Source: an uncultured bacterium (GTDB lineage Bacteria > SAR324 > NAC60-12). Taken from it: DNA of 22,142 nt. The stretch is from the NCBI GenBank assembly GCA_965662845.1, contig CBFIJD010000017.1:37233-59374 (forward strand), given 5' to 3'. The translations under genes were made by a program, and so were the position numbers. How positions within the stretch are numbered: position 1 is the stretch's first letter; every line of letters begins with the position of its first letter. Of this stretch, positions 8,443 to 15,068 are shown piece by piece. The notes below the pieces were generated by a model, which was given only the letters and a program-made list of their open reading frames with translations, was not told where the DNA came from and made no database searches.

Positions 8443-9651
8443 ATGCCTCTATACCACTACCAAGCCTTTGATCCAGCCGGAGCGCTCTGTCGAGGCGCAG
8501 AAGACGCTGCCACCGAAGGAGAGCTGCGCCAGCGGCTGCGGTCGCGGCAGCTGTATCCCAAAGAGATCAAGCTAGCGCGCGGCAAGGGAACCTCCCTGCT
8601 GCCTAAGCGGCAGAATTTCAAACGCGCGATCACGATGTTTACGCGGCAGTTTGAAGTGTTGATGGACGCGACGATTCCTTATGACAAAGCGCTGCAGATG
8701 ATCATTGGGCAGACCGAGAACCTCGCCTTCAAGGAAATCTTGGCCGAAGTCCGCGGGCGGGTCATTGAGGGCGGCTCTTTAGCCGATGCGATGCAGCAGC
8801 ATCCTCATATTTTTCCGAACATGTATGTGAGCATGGTCCGATCTGGAGAAAATGGGGGCAACCTGGGAACTATCATGAAGCGCCTCGCCGACTACTACGA
8901 GTCGCAAGAGCGGCTACGAGGGAAGCTCAAATCTGCGATGATTTACCCGATCTTTATGGCCGTGTTCTCGCTGCTGGTGGTGATGTTTATGATCACTTAC
9001 ATTGTCCCGAAGATTACCCAAATCTTTGAGAGCCAAGACGCCTTGCTCCCCTTGCCGACTCGGATCTTGATGGGAGTGAGCGACTTTGTGGTCAACTCTT
9101 GGTACTGGCTCATCGCCGGCATAATTGTCGGATTTCTTGGATTATCTGCATTTTTCCGCAGTCCTCGCGGGAAACTCTTCTTACAGCGCTTGCAGCTCTC
9201 TTTGCCTCTCGTAGGGCCGTTGATGACCAAGGTGATGGTCGCGCGTTTCTGTCAGACGCTAGGCACCTTGCTCAAAAGCGGTGTTGACCTCAAAACCGCG
9301 CTTGATATTTCAAAACATGTCGTTGGAAACCAAATCTTTATGTCCAAGTTGAACCTCATGATTGTAGACGTAAATAACAAAGGGGTTCCGCTCTCAGCGG
9401 CAATGAAGCGCACCGGATACTTCCCAGAATACGTGCAGCACGTCGTCGCCATCGGAGAAGAGGCGGCCCGCGTTGATGAATTATTGGAGAAAGTGGCAGA
9501 CCGTATGCAGGAAGAGGTGGGGAGACTGTTGGAAGGCCTGACAGCCCTGCTCCAGCCCGCTATGATTATTCTCATGGGAGGCGTAGTCGGTTTTATCGCG
9601 CTCTCAGTCTTGTTGCCCATGCTCAACATGAATCAGCTGCTAGGACAGTGA
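8443..9651 (+). CDS. gspF: Type II secretion system inner-membrane platform protein F (GspF/PilC family)
   Basis: FTRQF, GGSLADAM, YVSMVRSGENGGNL, AMIYP, LPLPTRIL, RFCQTLGTLLKSGV, IGEE; about 400 aa with 3 TM helices. Confidence 0.93.
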   Translation: MPLYHYQAFDPAGALCRGAEDAATEGELRQRLRSRQLYPKEIKLARGKGTSLLPKRQNFKRAITMFTRQFEVLMDATIPYDKALQMIIGQTENLAFKEILAEVRGRVIEGGSLADAMQQHPHIFPNMYVSMVRSGENGGNLGTIMKRLADYYESQERLRGKLKSAMIYPIFMAVFSLLVVMFMITYIVPKITQIFESQDALLPLPTRILMGVSDFVVNSWYWLIAGIIVGFLGLSAFFRSPRGKLFLQRLQLSLPLVGPLMTKVMVARFCQTLGTLLKSGVDLKTALDISKHVVGNQIFMSKLNLMIVDVNNKGVPLSAAMKRTGYFPEYVQHVVAIGEEAARVDELLEKVADRMQEEVGRLLEGLTALLQPAMIILMGGVVGFIALSVLLPMLNMNQLLGQ

Positions 9652-9736
9652 AAGCCACCCCCAACGATCTCAGCAGCCGCGCAAGTTGAGTTGTCAGAAA
9701 AAGGATTTTCTGCTCATCCAAACTCTGGGGGACTGC

Positions 9737-11257
9737 ATGAAGCGTTGGCACCTGCTCGGAATCTTCGTTCTATTTTGCGCAGCTTGCGAGAACAAACCGC
9801 CACAGCAACTGGCAGCGCCTACCATACGCCCTGCGGTCACCGACGCTCATGATCAGCTCGGCATAACGCCTGCTCCCCGAGTTGCCCCTACCCGCCAAGC
9901 CTCGGCTGTTGCCTCCCGATTAACCATCAGCTCTTTGGTCCCTGCTCCCAACTCGACGGTCTCCCCAGACACGCTCATTCTCTTAAATTTTGAGCAGCCA
10001 TTGCGGTTAGAATCTCTTTCATCAGAGACCTTTCGTTTGGAAGACAACAGCGGCCAATCCATCGCTTTGCGCCTCAGCTCACGACGCAGCAGCCTCACGC
10101 TGACGCCCACCGAACCGCTGGCTTATGACACCGAATATGTTATGACGCTCAAGGCGCCACTTCGGGGAGAACGTGGAGAAATTTTGGAAGACTTAGAGTG
10201 GAGTTTTGCCACGCAGCCTCCTCCAATTTCTCGTCCCCCAACCGTTGTTCTCAAGACGCCCTCTCCTCAAGAGCAGTCGGTGGCAGTCGATCAACCAATC
10301 AGCGTGTACTTCAGTCAACCGCTTGATCCGCAATCGGTTACGGCGTCCACGTTTCGGGTCAGCGCGACCACCTCCTATCAGCGCGCTTTCGACGTGGCAG
10401 GCGAGCTGATGGTAGAAGGCACCAATTTACGCTTTCAGCCGCAAGAGGGCTGGTCCTATGGGACGACATACACCGTGCATCTCTCAAAAGGGATTGCAGA
10501 CCTGCAAGGCAACCGACTCGAGTTTGCACAAGAGTGGAGTTTTGCCACCAAGCCAATGGCTCCGGGGATGGTAACGCTTCCAGCAGGCGCATTTGTGATG
10601 GGCAAGCCGAGCGCTCCAGAGCAACGCCAAGTCGCGCTTTCTCAGCCGTTCTACATGCTCGATCATGAAGTTACAGTCGGTGAGTATGCCGAGTGCGTAC
10701 AAGCGCAGAGTTGTCAGTTTTCTAGAGCTGGCAAAGGTTCACCTGACCTCAACTCCTCGCAACATGCTCCGCGTCCCATGACTCATGTAAGCTGGTTCCA
10801 AGCGCAAGAATACACCGAGTGGCTCTCTCAAAAATATCCAGGTGCATATCGGCTTTGCACAGAAGCCGAGTGGGAATATGCGCTCAGAGCAGGAGGTTCC
10901 CAGGCCTTTGGTTGTGGCACAAAACCGGACTGTCTCGCTCAGTTGGCATGGACTCGAGAGAACACGCCGGGAGAAGTGCCGCAACTTGGGAAACAAAAAG
11001 CGCCTAATGCTTGGGGAATCTATGATTTGCAGGGCAATGTGGGCGAGTGGATCTATGACTGGTATGATTTTTTGGAGAACCGCAGCGTTACCGATCCAGT
11101 TGGGCCAACAAATGGAAAGCTCCGCACGATTCGCGGTGGCAGCTTTCAAAATCGGCGGAACAGTCTGACCGTTTGGCAGCGTGGCGGCTTACCTCCTGAT
11201 GCACAGCTGAGCTACATTGGATTTCGAGTATGCGCAACGGCTGACAACGGGGCATGA
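9737..11257 (+). CDS. Lipoprotein with two SbsA/Big_5-type Ig-like domains and a C-terminal FGE-sulfatase (SUMF1/EgtB/PvdO-like) domain
   Basis: Signal peptide MKRWHLLGIFVLFCAAC; two repeats with F..PL/PLDP...Y.V/M.L...G...WSFAT; then EVTVGEY, PMTHVSW, RLCTEAEWEYA, PNAWGIYDLQGNVGEW, RGGS, IGFR. Start set at the ATG after GGGGGA. Confidence 0.85.
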   Translation: MKRWHLLGIFVLFCAACENKPPQQLAAPTIRPAVTDAHDQLGITPAPRVAPTRQASAVASRLTISSLVPAPNSTVSPDTLILLNFEQPLRLESLSSETFRLEDNSGQSIALRLSSRRSSLTLTPTEPLAYDTEYVMTLKAPLRGERGEILEDLEWSFATQPPPISRPPTVVLKTPSPQEQSVAVDQPISVYFSQPLDPQSVTASTFRVSATTSYQRAFDVAGELMVEGTNLRFQPQEGWSYGTTYTVHLSKGIADLQGNRLEFAQEWSFATKPMAPGMVTLPAGAFVMGKPSAPEQRQVALSQPFYMLDHEVTVGEYAECVQAQSCQFSRAGKGSPDLNSSQHAPRPMTHVSWFQAQEYTEWLSQKYPGAYRLCTEAEWEYALRAGGSQAFGCGTKPDCLAQLAWTRENTPGEVPQLGKQKAPNAWGIYDLQGNVGEWIYDWYDFLENRSVTDPVGPTNGKLRTIRGGSFQNRRNSLTVWQRGGLPPDAQLSYIGFRVCATADNGA

Positions 11258-11353
11258 AAATTGATTGAGGGATAGTTAAATACGTCTAACATCATGGAGA
11301 TGTTGGCAGATCTTGTCAGGAAGACATGTATCGTTTTTTATAATGAGGTAGTC

Positions 11354-11521
11354 ATGCATTTCTTCCGCTCTGCCACCACTCGTCGTCTCATCACCAGCGC
11401 ACTTCTCGCCGGTTCCTTGTTGGCCATCTCTGGATGCACCCGAGATTTTTTAGTCATGCGCCGCATTTGTGACGGGAGCATTGGATATCCCTATAACGAC
11501 TTCTGTCGCGACGCGAAGTAG
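11354..11521 (+). CDS. Small 55-aa lipoprotein
   Basis: GAGGT RBS at 11345-11349. MHFFRSATTRRLITSALLAGSLLAISG-CTRDFLVMRRICDGSIGYPYNDFCRDAK, lipobox ISGC. Confidence 0.65.
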   Translation: MHFFRSATTRRLITSALLAGSLLAISGCTRDFLVMRRICDGSIGYPYNDFCRDAK

Positions 11522-11680
11522 AGAGTTCATCGCTCCTCTAGCAGGCCGCGCTGTCTCCTAGATCGCGTGACCAATTTGGATATATTCAATTATCTTCATA
11601 ATCTTAGCTTGTCACTATTCTCTCCTGCGCTAAGATCTTCGCTCTCTTCCTGATTGCGAACCTACATCTTCGGACAATCC

Positions 11681-12718
11681 ATGTTCCTGCGCCCGCTGAT
11701 TTCACTTGTCGAAAATGGCAAGATCCCCGACTCCCTCACCCGCGCTGGAATTCGCTTTTTGTTGACGCAACGCTTGCGAGAGCAGCAGCAAGGAGATGCC
11801 GCAAAGCAGCAGCAGGTCTTTGCAGAATTCCTCCAGAACATGCGGCAGAGTCCTCTCGCGCTGCATACAGAAGCAGCCAACGAACAGCACTATGAAGTTC
11901 CTGCAAGGTTTTTCGAGCTCGTCTTGGGTTCACACCTGAAATACAGCTGTTGCTATTTCCCTGAAGGAGTCAGTGACTTAGAGCACGCTGAAGCGGCGAT
12001 GCTCGCGCTCACATGTGAACGAGCCCAGCTGCAAGATGGGCAGCGTGTTTTAGAGCTTGGATGCGGCTGGGGGTCTCTCTCGCTGTGGATGGCTAAGCAT
12101 TACCCCAACAGCAGTATCATCGCTGTTTCCAATTCTAACTCGCAGCGCGAATTCATTGAGAATCAAGCCCAAGAACGGGGGCTCACCAACTTGATTGTCC
12201 AAACTTCGGACATGAATGATTTTCAGACTGACCAACAGTTTGACCGCGTGGTCTCTGTGGAGATGTTCGAACACATGCGCAACTACCAGCTGCTGTTAGA
12301 GCGCATTTCTGGATGGCTGACTCCAGAAGGGAAGCTGTTTGTGCACATCTTTTCGCATCATCGCTATGCCTACGCCTTCTCCTCCGAGGGAGATGCCAAC
12401 TGGATGGGGCGCTATTTCTTCACAGGCGGCATCATGCCTTCTAATCATTTGATGCTCTATTTCCAAGAGCGCGTTCAGCTAGAAGCGCATTGGGTGTTGA
12501 ATGGAAGGCACTACCAGAAGACAGCCGACGCTTGGCTCGCGAACATGGATCAACAGAAGACGGAGATCCTCACAGCCTTCGCGGACACCTATGGGCGAGA
12601 GGCCGAGGTTTGGTTTCAGAGGTGGAGAATGTTCTTTATGGCCACCTCTGAAGTGTGGGGCTTTCGCAGAGGGAACGAATGGTTGGTCTCGCACTACCTG
12701 TTTCAAAATCGCAGATAA
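11681..12718 (+). CDS. SAM-dependent methyltransferase, cyclopropane-fatty-acyl-phospholipid synthase / coclaurine N-methyltransferase-like
   Basis: ANEQHYEVP..FF..VLG.HLKYSCC, VLELGCGWGSL, FDRVVSVEMFEHMRNY, YFFTGGIMPS, RWRMFFMA. Start set at ATG 11681. Confidence 0.9.
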   Translation: MFLRPLISLVENGKIPDSLTRAGIRFLLTQRLREQQQGDAAKQQQVFAEFLQNMRQSPLALHTEAANEQHYEVPARFFELVLGSHLKYSCCYFPEGVSDLEHAEAAMLALTCERAQLQDGQRVLELGCGWGSLSLWMAKHYPNSSIIAVSNSNSQREFIENQAQERGLTNLIVQTSDMNDFQTDQQFDRVVSVEMFEHMRNYQLLLERISGWLTPEGKLFVHIFSHHRYAYAFSSEGDANWMGRYFFTGGIMPSNHLMLYFQERVQLEAHWVLNGRHYQKTADAWLANMDQQKTEILTAFADTYGREAEVWFQRWRMFFMATSEVWGFRRGNEWLVSHYLFQNRR

Positions 12719-12743
12719 TTTCAATTTCTTCGCTATCGAATCG

Positions 12744-13565
12744 ATGCGATTGCTAGTCACTGACTCCGGTTTAGGGGGACTCTCGGTGTGCGCAGAGATG
12801 TTGCGCTGCGCATCGGAGACAAGCACGGCTCCTGCGGAGCTAATTTATGTGAACGCAGCGCCAGACCCACAACGTGGATACAACTCCATGTCTAGCCATG
12901 CAGAGAAATGCGAGACCTTCTCGCTCTTCTTGCAGAGCGTTTACGAAAGACTTCAACCCGATCGCATCCTCGTCGCTTGCCACACTCTGTCGACACTCCT
13001 GCCTGAAATCCAGCTTCCTCCCATCGCAATTACCGGCATGCAAGCTTCCACTCAAAAGCTTGTGAAGGAGAGCAGCCAACAATTTGGATTTTCAAAATTA
13101 TTAGTTTTAGCGACATCGACAACTGTCCAAGCGCAGTTCTACGAAGGACTGGTCTCTGAGACGCACGCTGTGGCCTGCGTCGGCCTCGCCGATCTGATCT
13201 CTTCAGACGCGCAAGGGGATCGAGTCAAAGGCGCGATACGGTCGTTTCTGCACAAGGCTCAGCATTTTCGAGAGGCAGAGGAGACGATTGGAGTTTTGCT
13301 GGGCTGCACGCATTACGGCTGGCGAGAAGACCTGTTTGGGCAAGTTTTGAACACCGAAGGTTGGCAGGCGCACCTCATCAACCCGAATCGCGAGATCGCT
13401 TCGGATTGGCAGGCTAAAGCTAACATCCAAACCATTCGTGTGTGCGGGGCCTATCCCACTCCGTCGTATGAAAAAGCGGGCCTCACCTCCTTACTGCAGA
13501 GCGCTGGTCTGGTCTCACTTCAGCGGGCCTTTGCTCAAGAGAGCGTCCTGCCACTCTTTGCCTGA
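12744..13565 (+). CDS. Divergent aspartate/glutamate racemase family protein (MurI-like)
   Basis: ATG 12744 gives MRLLVTDSGLGGLSV. Two catalytic-Cys motifs are present: VACHTLS and LGCTHY. Confidence 0.8.
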   Translation: MRLLVTDSGLGGLSVCAEMLRCASETSTAPAELIYVNAAPDPQRGYNSMSSHAEKCETFSLFLQSVYERLQPDRILVACHTLSTLLPEIQLPPIAITGMQASTQKLVKESSQQFGFSKLLVLATSTTVQAQFYEGLVSETHAVACVGLADLISSDAQGDRVKGAIRSFLHKAQHFREAEETIGVLLGCTHYGWREDLFGQVLNTEGWQAHLINPNREIASDWQAKANIQTIRVCGAYPTPSYEKAGLTSLLQSAGLVSLQRAFAQESVLPLFA

Positions 13566-13706
13566 GTTCAATACCAAAGATTTTCGCTTGTAATATCAGT
13601 CTTTTCTCAGAGTTATCGACAGGTTATCGAAGTCTGATTGGGCAAACGTCGCTCATCTTCCCACGTTTCTTTCGCGAAACTTCTTATCATTTCAGAGGCT
13701 TAGAAT

Positions 13707-13776
13707 GGTTTTCGACAGGTTATCGACAGGCCACTTCAGAGGTTTTGAAACTTCTGTCGATAACCTGTCGAAAACC
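13707..13776. repeat. Perfect 23-bp inverted repeat, each arm holding two variant DnaA boxes
   Basis: GGTTTTCGACAGGTTATCGACAG (13707-13729) and CTGTCGATAACCTGTCGAAAACC (13754-13776), with a 24-bp spacer. Confidence 0.95.
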
Positions 13777-13878
13777 TGTTCATTCCATAAGAATTTTGAT
13801 AAGCTCGCAGGTCTTTCGAAAGGCAATCGAAATTCTATCGACACCCACCGATTGGTAAAATCCATAGTCATTTCAGTC

Positions 13879-13910
13879 CTATCGACAAGTTATCGACAAG
13901 TTATCGACAG
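13879..13910 (+). repeat. Three tandem 11-bp units (YTATCGACA-ag)
   Basis: CTATCGACA at 13879, TTATCGACA at 13890, TTATCGACA at 13901. Confidence 0.95.
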
Positions 13911-13911
13911 A

Positions 13912-13929
13912 CTACTACCACTACTACTT
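13912..13929. promoter_or_regulatory. DnaA-trio array (origin unwinding element)
   Basis: CTA CTA CCA CTA CTA CTT on + (complement 3'-GAT-5' repeats), starting 2 nt after the last box. Confidence 0.8.
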
Positions 13930-13937
13930 AAAGAGAT

Positions 13938-15068
13938 ATGGAAATACTGATTCAACAAGAAGTATTGAGAAGCGCGCTACAGAACATCATCTCGATTATT
14001 GACAAGAGCGCAGCAAAGCCGATTCTGTCCAACTTTTTGCTGAAAACAGTCGAGACTGGCGAAGGGCAACTGAACGAGGTGGAATTTTCAGCAACAGACT
14101 ATGAGCTGTCGATCATTGAGCGGTTTCCGGCGGAAGTGGTAGGAGCCGGCAGCATTTGTGTGAACGCGAAGAAGGTCTATGACATCTGTAGGGAGCTACA
14201 GGGGAATGAAATTCGGATTCGAGCGACGGAGCAGCATTGGGTCTACATTACGAGCGGAGCGTCCGAGCTCAGGTTGCCCCTCGTTGAAGTCGGGCTCTAT
14301 CCTCAGACAGAGCTAGAGAAGCTCCAAGAGAGCATCGTGATGCCCGCGCAAGAAGTGAAGCAATGTATTGACATGACCCTATTTGCGGCACAAACGAACG
14401 AATCTCGCAAGAACCTGATGGGAGTTTGCTTATCTTCTAAAGACCAAGACCAGACCCGATGGTTGGCTACTGACGGGCATCGACTCGCTCAAATGCTGAA
14501 GTCCAGTGAAGGTGTGAAGTTTGAAAAAGTTCCAGAGGTGATCATTCCCAGAAAGGCCTTATCCGAGATTCGGAAGGCCATTGACCTCTTCGGAGAAGAG
14601 ATCGAAATCAGCTTTGATGATCGAGTGATGCAGTTTGTTGGTGGGCAGATCTCGTTCAAGACACGCTTGATTGAGGGGAAATTTCCAAACTGTGACCCGA
14701 TCATCCCGAAAGACAATCACTTGGTCGCTGTGGTCGATAGAGACAGGCTGGTGAGCGCTCTACGCATCGTGTCGTCCATCAGCTATGACAAGCTGAAGCC
14801 CGTGAAGCTGACGATCACTTCAGGGAAGCTGAAATTGGAGAGTGAGAAGGCTGAGTATGGTGAAGTGAGTGACGAGCTAGAAGCGGAATATGCAGGGGAA
14901 GATTTTCAGGTGGGGTTCAACTCTCGATATTTGCTCGACGCGCTCGGAGTGATTCAAGCTGACAAAGTCCAGTTAGAGTTCAAGAACCCGATGAGTCCTA
15001 GCGTGTTGCGCGCAGTTGGAGACACGGAATACCTATCGGTGATCATGCCTCTGCGGATTGAATGGTAA
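13938..15068 (+). CDS. dnaN: DNA polymerase III beta sliding clamp
   Basis: PILSNFLL, ATDYEL, ATDGHRLA, IIPRK, TRLIEGKFP, GFNSRYLLD, C-terminal VIMPLRI; 376 aa. Confidence 0.97.
   Translation: MEILIQQEVLRSALQNIISIIDKSAAKPILSNFLLKTVETGEGQLNEVEFSATDYELSIIERFPAEVVGAGSICVNAKKVYDICRELQGNEIRIRATEQHWVYITSGASELRLPLVEVGLYPQTELEKLQESIVMPAQEVKQCIDMTLFAAQTNESRKNLMGVCLSSKDQDQTRWLATDGHRLAQMLKSSEGVKFEKVPEVIIPRKALSEIRKAIDLFGEEIEISFDDRVMQFVGGQISFKTRLIEGKFPNCDPIIPKDNHLVAVVDRDRLVSALRIVSSISYDKLKPVKLTITSGKLKLESEKAEYGEVSDELEAEYAGEDFQVGFNSRYLLDALGVIQADKVQLEFKNPMSPSVLRAVGDTEYLSVIMPLRIEW

Larger units (their letters stand above)
13613..13929. other. oriC: Putative chromosomal replication origin (oriC) with variant DnaA boxes and DnaA-trios
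   Basis: Intergenic, directly upstream of dnaN-recF-gyrB. Contains 5x TTATCGACA, 2x TTTTCGACA, 2x CTATCGACA and 3 degenerate copies, with a trio array next to the last box. GC skew inverts across it. Confidence 0.85.

Noticed and set aside
11100..11257. Diversity-generating retroelement at the FGE-domain gene
   Set aside because: No template repeat or reverse transcriptase was seen in the window; kept only as a check under that finding.
12501..12743. N-terminal 81 codons of the ORF-track racemase
   Set aside because: Overlaps the methyltransferase gene. The family N-terminal motif begins at ATG 12744.
13594..13702. IHF-like sites in the origin (TATCAGTCTTTTC at 13594; TTTCAGAGGCTTA at 13690)
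   Set aside because: Each mismatches the degenerate WATCARNNNNTTR consensus, which is expected by chance in AT-rich DNA.
13613..13909. Repeats read as a CRISPR array or as IS/MITE ends
   Set aside because: Units are 9-11 bp, in both orientations and irregularly grouped. There are no unique constant-length spacers, cas genes, transposase or target-site duplication.
13705..13950. 81-aa ORF (MVFDRLSTG...) across the origin gap
   Set aside because: It is a translation of the box repeats (DRLST, LSTSYRQVIDR), overlaps dnaN out of frame and has no protein-like features.
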